A stretch of 64,000 bases of DNA, from positions 1 through 64,000 of the IMG/VR virus record IMGVR_UViG_3300048919_000048; one strand, 5' to 3'. This DNA comes from a virus. The notes beneath the pieces are model-generated. The model saw only the letters and a program-made list of their open reading frames with translations. It had not been told where the DNA came from and did not search any database. Made by a program: the position numbers and the translations under genes. Below are positions 9,191-18,337 of the stretch, in pieces (position 1 is the first letter of the stretch; every line of letters begins with the position of its first letter).

Positions 9191-9532
9191 TCAGCACTTT
9201 GTTGCTGTTCGCTGGTGGTCTATGGCGATCCGTTTCTCTGCGATACCGTCCAGGGCTTCGGCTTCGTACCCATCGCAGCGAATGTAAAATAATGCGTTGT
9301 CAATCTCTTTTATCTTCTCCAGAAGATCGGCCCGGCGGGCTTCTAACAGGTCATCAAGGGATCGCAGGGCGGCGGGGATTGTCTCCCCGGTAGCCTCAAC
9401 ATAACCCCGGCCCGATCCTGGCAATGACCCGGCGGCGGTGGATGCCGTCCAGCGCCCACGGATTGACCAAAACACTTTAAAGCCGTTTCCGCTAAAAATG
9501 TGATTCTTTATGACGTGACAAAAGCGGATCAT
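9191..9532 (-). CDS. hypothetical protein
   Basis: 113 aa; ATGA overlap with upstream gene. Confidence 0.6.
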   Translation of the reverse strand: MIRFCHVIKNHIFSGNGFKVFWSIRGRWTASTAAGSLPGSGRGYVEATGETIPAALRSLDDLLEARRADLLEKIKEIDNALFYIRCDGYEAEALDGIAEKRIAIDHQRTATKC

Positions 9533-9723
9533 ATCTCACCCCCGATAAAGTCGGATCGGTCGCTGTCTCTCATGCGGTCGTTTAATTCCTTCAGGGTGGC
9601 GATCCCGTTTTCGGCATCTTTCGCCAGGCATGACCCGGCATAGGTTGGATCACTCCCCAGGCGCAAGCGGTGAAGGTAACGCAAGGCGGCTAACGTTTGG
9701 CGGATCTCGGATTCTGTGATCAT
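9529..9723 (-). CDS. hypothetical protein
   Basis: ATG 9723 after GAGGG. Confidence 0.6.
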   Translation of the reverse strand: MITESEIRQTLAALRYLHRLRLGSDPTYAGSCLAKDAENGIATLKELNDRMRDSDRSDFIGGEI

Positions 9724-9893
9724 GGTTCGGCCCTCGGATGGCTCATATTTACCCCGATGAATGGGAAGTGTGCCAGATCGCAAGGCTTCAGCGTTTCATG
9801 CCTTGCCCACATACCAGATCCACGGCGGAAAAGTACCCGGTTACGGCTTATGCGGTAAAAGTTCCCGTTTTCTAAATTCTGATACCAAATCAT
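9720..9893 (-). CDS. hypothetical protein (57 aa)
   Basis: GAGG RBS, first gene after promoter 9941; translated by hand. Confidence 0.5.
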   Translation of the reverse strand: MIWYQNLENGNFYRISRNRVLFRRGSGMWARHETLKPCDLAHFPFIGVNMSHPRAEP

Positions 9894-9965
9894 TCTCGTT
9901 TACCTCATTTGCGGGGAGATGTTCCCGGCCTATGTGAGACATTATCGGCCCTATTGCGCCAGGTG

Positions 9966-10427
9966 TCAACCCCGGATCATGAAAAATTTTATTTTGTGGT
10001 GCATACCGTAAAGCCAATCGTGAAAAGCCGGGCCGCGCTCATTAACGGTGTTATACGGCCCCCTGAGCGCTTTTTGATCCTGGTCTGTGGGTAGCCATTC
10101 CCGGCCCTCAATAACCATCATAAAACGCTCCAGATAGTACACATACGCCCCGCACTCAGTAAAGATCACCTTGTTTGCTCGGATGTATGGGATCAGATAG
10201 GTATCCCCCAGATCCCGGATCTTATTGTGGGCACTTTGCCCGTTGATGAATCGGCGGATGTGATACGGGTCGTTTATTGCCCGGTGAATGTTCACCAGGT
10301 AGTCACCCCGTAAGGCGTTGATGTCTCTTTTACGCCATAACGCCACACTTGCAGCAATATTCCGGCGGGCTTCAGCCTGCGCCGCCGGGGTCAGTTCGTC
10401 GTAATACTTCAGATCTGTAAGGTTCAT
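9966..10427 (-). CDS. hypothetical protein
   Basis: 153 aa; TAATG coupling; stop lies in the next -35 box. Confidence 0.7.
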   Translation of the reverse strand: MNLTDLKYYDELTPAAQAEARRNIAASVALWRKRDINALRGDYLVNIHRAINDPYHIRRFINGQSAHNKIRDLGDTYLIPYIRANKVIFTECGAYVYYLERFMMVIEGREWLPTDQDQKALRGPYNTVNERGPAFHDWLYGMHHKIKFFMIRG

Positions 10428-10819
10428 TATTCCACCTCAATAAACCCGGCATCGTTGATAAACAGATTTTTTGACCCGAAAGTCTGCGCCACGTCGTGAA
10501 GTTTGTCACCGATTGACCCAAGCCCGCGATCCCAGAATCCCACGCCGTGACCTTGACGGCTAAACCATAGATCCCGGCCTGCTTGGGTGTGATCATAGTC
10601 AACCCCCGCCAGCATTGCCCCTTTGAGTAACAGCGGCGCAACGTCCATAAAGCGGGCACAATCCATGCGGGAGGCGTCCAGCGCTTCAGCGCTTAACTCA
10701 TACCCGGCCAGGTTTTCGATCTCTTCACCGTCGCTATCGGTGGCAGTCTCTGCAAATAACATCGCCTCAATGTAACCAGCGATAAAAGCGTTTAAGTGTA
10801 AAGCGTTGAAAGTAGTCAT
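10427..10819 (-). CDS. conserved phage hypothetical protein
   Basis: AGRDLWFSRQGHGVGFWDR motif, recalled from many phage proteins of unknown function. Confidence 0.8.
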   Translation of the reverse strand: MTTFNALHLNAFIAGYIEAMLFAETATDSDGEEIENLAGYELSAEALDASRMDCARFMDVAPLLLKGAMLAGVDYDHTQAGRDLWFSRQGHGVGFWDRGLGSIGDKLHDVAQTFGSKNLFINDAGFIEVE

Positions 10820-10992
10820 TTTATTAGTATCCCATTTTTACACAGATTGCGGTTGCGGATGCGATTGCTACGAAAACAGATACCAGGAAGATTACGCTCA
10901 TTTTGTTTCTCTCTTTGTTTGTTGTGGTCTGTTGTGACCCGATGAAAAGAGTATAGCCCGTAACGCTTCCCGGCGTCAACTTTATTTTTAAA

Positions 10993-11352
10993 TTATTTTT
11001 GTGCCACTTCCAGCGCGGCCCGGCGGGCTTTTGCGTCATCGCGTAGCGCTTTCATCTCTTTGATAGTGTCGGCAATGGTGCGGCCCACGGCGCAAGCTAA
11101 AAGCCACACGTGCGGCCCTTTCAGGTCGTGATCTTTGTAAAGCCCTTGCGATGTTACAGTAAGCCCCAAGCGGGAAGCGGCCTTGTGATCCGGCATTTCA
11201 AAAATTTGTTTTACTTCTTTGAAGGTCAAACGTTTGAAGTTAAGCCCACGGATCACGGCAGTAGCGGCGCGGACAATTCCATCCAGTTCGTTTTTGCTGC
11301 ACTCGAACAGGGTGATTTTGTACATTGGTTCCCACGGGGTGTATTTGCTCAT
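10993..11352 (-). CDS. hypothetical protein
   Basis: 119 aa cassette gene with own promoter. Confidence 0.75.
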   Translation of the reverse strand: MSKYTPWEPMYKITLFECSKNELDGIVRAATAVIRGLNFKRLTFKEVKQIFEMPDHKAASRLGLTVTSQGLYKDHDLKGPHVWLLACAVGRTIADTIKEMKALRDDAKARRAALEVAQK

Positions 11353-11436
11353 TTTACGATCTCTCTTCTGTTTGTGGGCGGCGTTGTGTCGCCCTATGTG
11401 TTACATTATGGGGCCTAACGTCGGCCCCGTCAATAA

Positions 11437-11691
11437 TTATTTTGCACCAACCATAAAACAGGCGGATTCGAAAGCATTACGGGCGCGGCGTTCACCGTAG
11501 CGGATTTTTCCGAAACCAGTTTTTGACGTGCGGCCCGTTTGGATAATTTCGTAGCACTCCCCGCCGTTGTGGATAAGGGACACGATAAACAGTTCCGACA
11601 TCTTGCGAGCGATCACGCCTTGCGCCTCCAGCGGTGGCAATTTGTTAGACGGGGCCTTGCGGGTGAAAAGTGATTTGATGAATTTTAACAT
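11437..11691 (-). CDS. hypothetical protein
   Basis: cassette gene with own promoter. Confidence 0.7.
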   Translation of the reverse strand: MLKFIKSLFTRKAPSNKLPPLEAQGVIARKMSELFIVSLIHNGGECYEIIQTGRTSKTGFGKIRYGERRARNAFESACFMVGAK

Positions 11692-11762
11692 TTTGTGATT
11701 CTCTCTATTCGTTTGGTGTGGTGGTATTATGGGGCCTAAGCGGCCCCGGCGTCAACTACTTT

Positions 11763-11969
11763 TTATTTTATTTCTTCGTCGCCTTTCCACTGCGAATAGG
11801 TTTTAAAAGCTTCGTGTAAGTGTGGGGTAACTTCGGACAGCAGGACCGCGCCGCGATCACTTACAGCGGTCACCTGGTAGTGATCCGCACGGCGGGACGT
11901 GTCACCGCAAGCGGACAGGGTAACAGTAACATCAATCAGGCGGGACTTTTGCAGAATCATTGTAATCAT
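11763..11969 (-). CDS. hypothetical protein
   Basis: GAGGAG RBS; own promoter. Confidence 0.7.
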   Translation of the reverse strand: MITMILQKSRLIDVTVTLSACGDTSRRADHYQVTAVSDRGAVLLSEVTPHLHEAFKTYSQWKGDEEIK

Positions 11970-12029
11970 TTTACGATCTCCTCGTGTTGGTGTGGGGTCA
12001 TTATCGGCCCTTTCGGGCCGGGCGTCAAG

Positions 12030-12185
12030 CTAATTTTTACCAAATCGTAAATGTTTTTTCGCCATAGCGCGGGCCGTTGCTTTACTATGCCCCGCCTCCT
12101 GATAATAGCGGGTTAAGCGGTCCAAAGTTTCGCGGCGGTCCGCCTTGCTCGGGTAAGCGGTGATTAAGAGTTTATGCGGGTTCAT
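12030..12185 (-). CDS. hypothetical basic protein (51 aa)
   Basis: ATGA overlap; fills gap to next promoter; translated by hand. Confidence 0.5.
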   Translation of the reverse strand: MNPHKLLITAYPSKADRRETLDRLTRYYQEAGHSKATARAMAKKHLRFGKN

Positions 12186-12478
12186 AAGGTGGCCCCCGCC
12201 GGGATCGTGTCGTTTACCAGGGTGGCGATCGCCTCTTTGATGTAGTCCGCCGGAAGTGGGTCGCTTTTGCTCTGAATATAGCGCCGCCCGTTGTAAATGA
12301 CATCGTAAGAGATCACAAAGTCCGCGCCGTGGCGGTCAACGTTGATTTGCAGGCGGTTCGGCTCTTTGTCATCCATATGACGACAAATGATCTGCACGGT
12401 GCCCGCTACGTTGGACATTGACGCCACGACGTGATCAGCCACGCCGGACAGGATGAAAAGGGTGTTTGCTTTTTGCAT
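12182..12478 (-). CDS. hypothetical protein
   Basis: ATG 12478 after GAGG; own promoter. Confidence 0.7.
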   Translation of the reverse strand: MQKANTLFILSGVADHVVASMSNVAGTVQIICRHMDDKEPNRLQINVDRHGADFVISYDVIYNGRRYIQSKSDPLPADYIKEAIATLVNDTIPAGATL

Positions 12479-12541
12479 TTTTGTAGCCTCGTTTGTTTGT
12501 GTTCGGTCATTGTAAGCCGGGACGATGCCCGGCGTCAACAA

Positions 12542-12721
12542 TTATTTTGAATTTTTCGCCGGGAGTGGTTCCCGGAAATAGCGGCGGATCTGCGCTGCTG
12601 TTAGGCGGGCGTCAGCCTGCAATGACTTCAGCGGATAGGGGCGGTTGGCTATAAAGGTATGTTGACCGCAGCCATTGCCGATCACGATGTCAACTAGGGC
12701 GAAAAGTAAAGATGATTTCAT
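12542..12721 (-). CDS. hypothetical protein (59 aa)
   Basis: ATGA overlap; ends next to promoter 12509; translated by hand. Confidence 0.5.
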   Translation of the reverse strand: MKSSLLFALVDIVIGNGCGQHTFIANRPYPLKSLQADARLTAAQIRRYFREPLPAKNSK

Positions 12722-12960
12722 TTTGCAGCCCCTTCTAAGGTGATTTCAACAATTTTAGCTGTTGCTTGCTCTTCGGTGATTTCGACGGCCCCGATCACGT
12801 CGTGATCTGTCAGGTCGGACGGCTTAAAGCCGGGACGGTAAAGCCAGCCCTTTCGCCCATCGGGGAGACTGTTTGACCAGCGGTAGATCTTCGGATATTC
12901 CCCGGAGGTTTCAGAATCTTCTAAACGGTAAAGGTTGTTTGTAACAAAATAACGTGTCAT
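12718..12960 (-). CDS. hypothetical protein
   Basis: cassette gene with own promoter. Confidence 0.7.
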   Translation of the reverse strand: MTRYFVTNNLYRLEDSETSGEYPKIYRWSNSLPDGRKGWLYRPGFKPSDLTDHDVIGAVEITEEQATAKIVEITLEGAAK

Positions 12961-13028
12961 GTTTTTGGCCTCGTTTGCCTGTTTGGTATGTCTGACATTA
13001 TCGGCCCTTTCGGGCCGGGTGTCAACGT

Positions 13029-13388
13029 TTATTTTTCATTTTTCACACGATAGAAAATGCGATAGGCGCGGCGCTTGCCGGGGCCGTATTGTGTGGTTAT
13101 GTATTCCAGTTCATACCCAAGCAAGCCTAAGCGGTGAAGGGCGGCACTTGCGCCGTCATTGTGTGACTGTTCGCGGCGATAAGGGGAGGTTAAGATCTCC
13201 AGCTCATTGGCGGCGGCGTACCAGTTTAAAACGGTTTGTTCGTCGCCTGAGACAAGCGCGGCGCGGTATTTGTTGATTGTGTTCCCGTTGATATCACGGG
13301 AAAAATCGAAAGTCTCCAGCGTAAGGAATAGATCACCATTCACCAGGAGATCAGGACGGGCGGCGATTGCTTCAGCGTATGATTTCAT
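13029..13388 (-). CDS. hypothetical protein
   Basis: 119 aa; RDINGN motif; own promoter. Confidence 0.75.
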   Translation of the reverse strand: MKSYAEAIAARPDLLVNGDLFLTLETFDFSRDINGNTINKYRAALVSGDEQTVLNWYAAANELEILTSPYRREQSHNDGASAALHRLGLLGYELEYITTQYGPGKRRAYRIFYRVKNEK

Positions 13389-13464
13389 TTTATTGCCTCA
13401 TTCGGTGGCGTTTCGTTTGTCTATGCCGGAGATTATAACCCCGGCATAATTCAAGCGTCAACAA

Positions 13465-13686
13465 TTATTTTTCAACTACCAACTGATAGCCCGCTTCAAT
13501 GTTGGAAAACACGATCCGCCCGTCCTGGCGTTCACTCATAAGCACACAAGGCGATAACATACGCTCTTCAGCTTTACAATCAGCATAAGCGGCGCGGATG
13601 TCGCCTGGCTTTTTGTCTTCAGTGGTGAAAGTGTCATTGATAAACACGTTGCCAGATACCAGGGTAATAATTGCGAAAGTGATCAT
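13465..13686 (-). CDS. hypothetical protein
   Basis: cassette gene with own promoter. Confidence 0.7.
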   Translation of the reverse strand: MITFAIITLVSGNVFINDTFTTEDKKPGDIRAAYADCKAEERMLSPCVLMSERQDGRIVFSNIEAGYQLVVEK

Positions 13687-13756
13687 TTTGTGCCTCGTTT
13701 GGTGGTTTGCTTTCGTTTGTCTATGCCGTCATTGTAAGGGACGGCATAACCACACG

Positions 13757-13909
13757 TCAAGCGTTTTGTAGATAAAGTTTTGTGCCCCGTGGGAGGCGTG
13801 ATCCGTAACCTTCTCGATCACGTAGGCGCTTTCTTGCATCCTGTTCATCATAGCCGAAAACTTTAAGCGGGCCAGCCACACCGGGGATATTTACAAGATA
13901 ATGTTTCAT
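13757..13909 (-). CDS. hypothetical protein (50 aa)
   Basis: ATG 13909; own promoter. Confidence 0.65.
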   Translation of the reverse strand: MKHYLVNIPGVAGPLKVFGYDEQDARKRLRDREGYGSRLPRGTKLYLQNA

Positions 13910-13972
13910 TTGGTTGTCTCTTTTGTTTGGGTCTGTGGGTATTATGGGGCCTAACGCGGCCCCGGTCAAGAA

Positions 13973-14407
13973 TTATTTTTGATAATTTTTCATTCTTACG
14001 GCGTTGTGTTCGGCGGCTTTTACCCAAGCGCCGGGGATAGTGTCGGCGCGGCTTACGAATTCACCACAAAAGCGGGTAACATACAAGGCCCCGCAAGGAT
14101 CGCCGGAAAATTCACGGGTCACGGTGTAGCGCTTATCCTTTTTGATTGTGCGGATCACTTCCCCGAAAAGCTGATTGACAAGCGCGGTCCATTGTGTGCG
14201 GGCGGCGCCGATCTGGTCTTCAACAACCCATTCGATCCGGCCTACATCATCAAAATCGTGTGCCTTAACGTGAAACGCGCCGTGTTCCATGAAAAGCTGC
14301 ACCCGGATATTGTTGCCCGTGATCTTTGTGTCGATCTCTTGGACATAACCGCAAGCCAGCGCGTAAACGGATAAGCCTGCTTTGATACGGAAAATTGGGG
14401 AAGTCAT
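13973..14407 (-). CDS. hypothetical protein
   Basis: 144 aa; LSVYALACGY motif; own promoter. Confidence 0.75.
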   Translation of the reverse strand: MTSPIFRIKAGLSVYALACGYVQEIDTKITGNNIRVQLFMEHGAFHVKAHDFDDVGRIEWVVEDQIGAARTQWTALVNQLFGEVIRTIKKDKRYTVTREFSGDPCGALYVTRFCGEFVSRADTIPGAWVKAAEHNAVRMKNYQK

Positions 14408-14510
14408 AACGGTCTCTCTTCTGTTAGTGCGGCGCGGTGTGCGTCGGTATGTGGTAGATTATGGGGTAACCGGGGCCATAGGTCAAGCCCCGGAATGAAA
14501 ATATTTTAAA

Positions 14511-14750
14511 TTATTTCACGGTAACCCGGATCGCCTCAATCGTCGCCACGGTGGCCGGGTCAACAATCAGGGCCTGAGAGGTGGAGATCTTCACCCCTTC
14601 ACGCGCTGCAATGGCGGCTAATGACTTCGAGGTTATACGGTAGCCTTTGCCGTCCGTTACCAGGTAAAGGCAGGTAAAGCCCATCGGGCGACCTGCTAAC
14701 AGGCGGATAAATTCTGTCATGCTGTAAAGGTTTTGCATTGTGTACCCCAT
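14511..14750 (-). CDS. hypothetical protein
   Basis: 79 aa ORF; start may be 14738. Confidence 0.6.
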   Translation of the reverse strand: MGYTMQNLYSMTEFIRLLAGRPMGFTCLYLVTDGKGYRITSKSLAAIAAREGVKISTSQALIVDPATVATIEAIRVTVK

Positions 14751-14755
14751 AGATC

Positions 14756-14781
14756 AAAAATAAGGGGCCTATGCGGCCCCC
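14756..14781 (-). terminator. terminator-like hairpin
   Basis: AGGGG(G)CC-GCATA-GGCCCCT then TATTTTT on minus strand. Confidence 0.55.
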
Positions 14782-14825
14782 TGTGCGGTTTAAACGGTTT
14801 GGCCTGGTGTTTCCATGCCGGGCGC

Positions 14826-14960
14826 TTACTCCCAGTTATAGCGCGTTTTACGACGCTGTTGTTTGTTAGCTTTGTCACGTTGCAGGCGCTCGCCTGCTTC
14901 AGCGTATGACAGGCGGGCCGGGCGGGTCTGTTTGTCACGGTTGATATTAGTCTGAATCAT
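14826..14960 (-). CDS. small Arg/Lys-rich protein (44 aa)
   Basis: ATGA overlap, GAGG RBS; MIQTNINRDKQ...QQRRKTRYNWE translated by hand. Confidence 0.5.
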   Translation of the reverse strand: MIQTNINRDKQTRPARLSYAEAGERLQRDKANKQQRRKTRYNWE

Positions 14961-15274
14961 TTGTAACCTCTTCTCTGTTTGCGTTTATCGTGCATATATT
15001 GGCGCTCATCGATCACGTCGTGGATCTCCTCAATATCCGGGGAGAATTTTTCGTAAGTGATCACGGCCCCCAACTGTTGGCGGTAGTTAATAGCCCCGAT
15101 GGCGTCAATCTCTTGCATCGGCCCATAATCGCGGGACGTTTCGATCTCCCCGTTGTACTCATATTCAAAGTAGCCAAACATTCTATTTTTACGCCTCCAG
15201 CGGCGTCGGTTGTAAAGTTTGGCGGCGTAGCCAACCGCCACCACTAAACCCAAGATGACCAGAATCGTGATCAT
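14957..15274 (-). CDS. membrane-anchored hypothetical protein
   Basis: N-terminal TM helix followed by RRRWRRK. Confidence 0.7.
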   Translation of the reverse strand: MITILVILGLVVAVGYAAKLYNRRRWRRKNRMFGYFEYEYNGEIETSRDYGPMQEIDAIGAINYRQQLGAVITYEKFSPDIEEIHDVIDERQYMHDKRKQRRGYK

Positions 15275-15636
15275 TCAATAACCCCATACTTACGGCCCAA
15301 GATGACCAGCGAACCCGCCAAACGTGTCCAATATTGATCTAACTCCCATTCCTCCTGGCCTGCTGTAGTGTGGAAGTTAATGTAACCCCAGTCGGTTAAA
15401 AGATCAATGATCTCGTGATTCATGAAAGCATGATTGATTGATGTCGGCAGTCCCCGGAGATATTCAGTGATGGCGCGTTGCATACCCAGGCGGCTAACTT
15501 CGTGCCCATATTCAGACTGAAGGGTATCAAAGAAAAATTTAAGCTTTTCGGACTCGGTGCCTTCAAAGTCGATAACAGATAAAACATATTCACGAACATA
15601 ACGAGTAGCGGCGGTGTTTTTGGTGGTAGTAGTCAT
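15271..15636 (-). CDS. conserved phage hypothetical protein
   Basis: 121 aa; EYLRGLP motif; own promoter. Confidence 0.75.
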   Translation of the reverse strand: MTTTTKNTAATRYVREYVLSVIDFEGTESEKLKFFFDTLQSEYGHEVSRLGMQRAITEYLRGLPTSINHAFMNHEIIDLLTDWGYINFHTTAGQEEWELDQYWTRLAGSLVILGRKYGVIE

Positions 15637-15720
15637 TTTACGGTCTCTCTTCTGTTAGTGCGGCGCGGTGTGCGTCGCTTCGGTGGTATTATAGGCCGGG
15701 AGTTTTCCCGGCGTCAACAA

Positions 15721-15930
15721 TTATTTTAAACTATTTGCGAGGCGGTCGATCCCAGCGCTTAGTTTAGTGTGCTGGGTAGCCTCCAGTAAAACGGATACCT
15801 GCATCAAAATATTTTCAGCCTGTTCTGGGTACAACTCAACAACCAGATTAAAGGCGGCGCGGGAACCGTCACGGATCGCCACCTGGTAAGCCTCATGTTT
15901 AACGTCGTTTACTTGCTGTTCGTTGATCAT
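15721..15930 (-). CDS. hypothetical protein
   Basis: cassette gene with own promoter. Confidence 0.7.
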   Translation of the reverse strand: MINEQQVNDVKHEAYQVAIRDGSRAAFNLVVELYPEQAENILMQVSVLLEATQHTKLSAGIDRLANSLK

Positions 15931-15998
15931 GGTGTGGATCTCTTTTCTGTTGGTGTGCGGGTATTATGGGGCCTAACCCGGCCCCGTGTCAACCACAA

Positions 15999-16379
15999 TT
16001 ATAAATCTTTTTTGCGGCTTACGTCGTACACGTTTTCAGTGTAGACTACCCCGAGATCCGCCGCCGCCTGGCAAGCATAAACCATTTTGCGCCACTTTGC
16101 CGGGGCATCCTTCACCGCCTCGATCATCGCACTCAGGGCGGTTTGTTCAAATCCGCGCTCATATCCATAAGCATAGCCAACATAGGCTAGGTCAATCCAG
16201 ATGTCCCCGCACTTATTCCCGTATTGGTTAGCGCCTAAACGGTCAGCCACTTCAACGGATACCAGCGCCGCCACGCTTGCGCTGTGGTAAGTATTCCCGG
16301 CACTACGTTGGAACCAACGTTTACCAGTTACGGAAATTTCTTTGATCTCGTTAGCGTTTACAGTGTTGATGATATTCAT
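15999..16379 (-). CDS. hypothetical protein
   Basis: 126 aa; WFQRSAGNTYHS and YGY motifs; own promoter. Confidence 0.75.
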   Translation of the reverse strand: MNIINTVNANEIKEISVTGKRWFQRSAGNTYHSASVAALVSVEVADRLGANQYGNKCGDIWIDLAYVGYAYGYERGFEQTALSAMIEAVKDAPAKWRKMVYACQAAADLGVVYTENVYDVSRKKDL

Positions 16380-16457
16380 CGTTTACTATCCTTTCGGTTT
16401 GGTTGTTTGCTTTCGCTTGCCTATGCCGGGGATTGTATACCCCGGCAGAAACCAGCG

Positions 16458-16688
16458 TCAAGCGGATTTAATGATATTATCAAAAAATTCCTGTGGGCGG
16501 GTCTCGCAGCCTTTTCCGGCCCAAGCGTTAACATGCCTTGAGGTGGTTGCGCTGTGCTTTGTGGCGGTTACCAGGTAGCCTTCACCGGGCAGGTATGCCG
16601 CTACCGGGGTGTTGTAAGAGAAGAAAACCTGTGAGCCGTCCGCCAGGGTAATCATGGTTTGGTTTGCGCCGATAGTAGTCAGATTCAT
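16458..16688 (-). CDS. conserved phage hypothetical protein
   Basis: FSYNTPVA...SATTSRH motif; own promoter. Confidence 0.75.
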   Translation of the reverse strand: MNLTTIGANQTMITLADGSQVFFSYNTPVAAYLPGEGYLVTATKHSATTSRHVNAWAGKGCETRPQEFFDNIIKSA

Positions 16689-16769
16689 TTTGTAAGCCTC
16701 GTTTGCTTGTCTGTTTGGTATGTCTGGTATTATGGGGCCTAACCCGGCCCCGGTCAACAACTATTTTAA

Positions 16770-17015
16770 TTAATTTGCAAAATATGGAGCCATTGCTGAG
16801 GCGGTAGGGCTTACGGTTATCTGAGAATCAATCAGATATTCCACGTTGTCAATTCTTACAGTGTCGATTGAGTGATTACTGAAAGGTTTACTTTTTACCT
16901 TTCTAACTACCGTCCGGCGGCGGTTACCTTTCATCTCTTCGAGTTGAATCCAGGCATATCCTTTATCATTCATGAAAATTTCATTATGATGGGTAATTGT
17001 GGAAAGCTTTTTCAT
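16770..17015 (-). CDS. hypothetical protein
   Basis: ATG 17015; AT-richer than neighbours. Confidence 0.65.
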   Translation of the reverse strand: MKKLSTITHHNEIFMNDKGYAWIQLEEMKGNRRRTVVRKVKSKPFSNHSIDTVRIDNVEYLIDSQITVSPTASAMAPYFAN

Positions 17016-17114
17016 ACTGTTACCTTTTGGTTTTGGCGGCGGGTTATTCCGTCGCCCTATGTGATACATTATGGGGGTAACGCCGCCGGGCGTCAACCCC
17101 CTAAACGAAAATAA

Positions 17115-17465
17115 TTAATAAAAAGATCCGCCGGGGCTTACAGGATCGATCCGCCCGCCATTGTCCAGGATGCAACGGATCACGGCGTCGCCCATTGCTT
17201 TACATTCTGCCCAGGTTGGCGCTAGAATTTCGATGTAAGGCCAGCAGGCCGCGCCACCTGGAAAGTGGGACGTCTCCGCCTCTTTGCTTGTCTCCGCGCC
17301 TTCGGCGGCCCGGCTAACAAGATCATTAAGCTGGTCCCATTCCGGGTACGGGTGTTTTTCGTCGCTGTCATCGCTTAACCATTCCCCGGCCAGCGGGTGG
17401 CAATCGTAAGATATTGAGCAACGGAAAAGCGGCGTGATCTGTACAGTGGGGATCTGTTTGGTCAT
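17115..17465 (-). CDS. hypothetical protein
   Basis: GGAG RBS, ATG 17465. Confidence 0.65.
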   Translation of the reverse strand: MTKQIPTVQITPLFRCSISYDCHPLAGEWLSDDSDEKHPYPEWDQLNDLVSRAAEGAETSKEAETSHFPGGAACWPYIEILAPTWAECKAMGDAVIRCILDNGGRIDPVSPGGSFY

Positions 17466-17511
17466 GGTACTGACTCCACACGAAAGGCCCCCGCCGGGGG
17501 CCTGCAATTGG

Positions 17512-17733
17512 TTAGCGGTGAGTGTTACGGGAAAGTGTGCCGCCGTTATGCTTTGCGCCAACGTGCCAGCCGTCCGCCTTTTTGGTTGGCGTTGTGGGGG
17601 TCACGCCAGCGGCGCGTAAACGGTTAGCAACGGCGCGGGCATCGTCACGGGTACGATAAGCGGGCAGGGTGGCAACCGCCGCCAGATTAACAGAGGAAAC
17701 GCCACGTGATTTTTTATAGATTACTTTTGCCAT
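17512..17733 (-). CDS. small basic hypothetical protein
   Basis: ATG 17733; own promoter; followed by palindrome at 17485-17503. Confidence 0.7.
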   Translation of the reverse strand: MAKVIYKKSRGVSSVNLAAVATLPAYRTRDDARAVANRLRAAGVTPTTPTKKADGWHVGAKHNGGTLSRNTHR

Positions 17734-17814
17734 TTTCTTTACTCTCTGATTTTGCCGGGCACCATTTGCCGGGCTTGTTTGTAGTATGGGGCCAGGTGGC
17801 CCCGGTGTCAACAA

Positions 17815-18252
17815 TTATTTTACGATAGTTACAGATTTATATTCCTGCTCTGCACTCATGCCGCCGCTACTGTTGGCGCGGAGGATCTCCAGGTGGGCAG
17901 GCATCCAGCCAGTAGAGCGACCCACAATAAAGCGGCGCTTTTCGCCGTACATGGTGATCACTTCTACCCGGCGACCCTCCAGGCCTTTCAATTGCTTAGT
18001 GAGACCAGCAAGACAGCGCTTGCCCGTGCGGGCATGATAGGCACAACCAGCGGAGATCATATCCTGGCAGGCTTTATAATGCTTTTTTGTGCCCTTGCGA
18101 TATGGGAGATCCTCAACTGTTGCACCTTCAGATTCTAACCATTGTTTAACCTTACGGGCGTTTCTGTCCAGGACTTCGAACCCGTAGCAGGTAAAGCCGT
18201 TGCCACACTTCAGGACATACAGTTTTTGCTCTTTGTTGATTGAATGTAACAT
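17815..18252 (-). CDS. conserved phage hypothetical protein
   Basis: 145 aa; VGRSTGWMPAHLE motif; own promoter. Confidence 0.75.
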   Translation of the reverse strand: MLHSINKEQKLYVLKCGNGFTCYGFEVLDRNARKVKQWLESEGATVEDLPYRKGTKKHYKACQDMISAGCAYHARTGKRCLAGLTKQLKGLEGRRVEVITMYGEKRRFIVGRSTGWMPAHLEILRANSSGGMSAEQEYKSVTIVK

Positions 18253-18337
18253 GATAACGATCTCTCTTTTGTTTATGCGGCGCGGTGTGCGTCGCTATGT
18301 GGTGAATTATGGGGCCTATCGTCGGCCCCGTCAAGCA

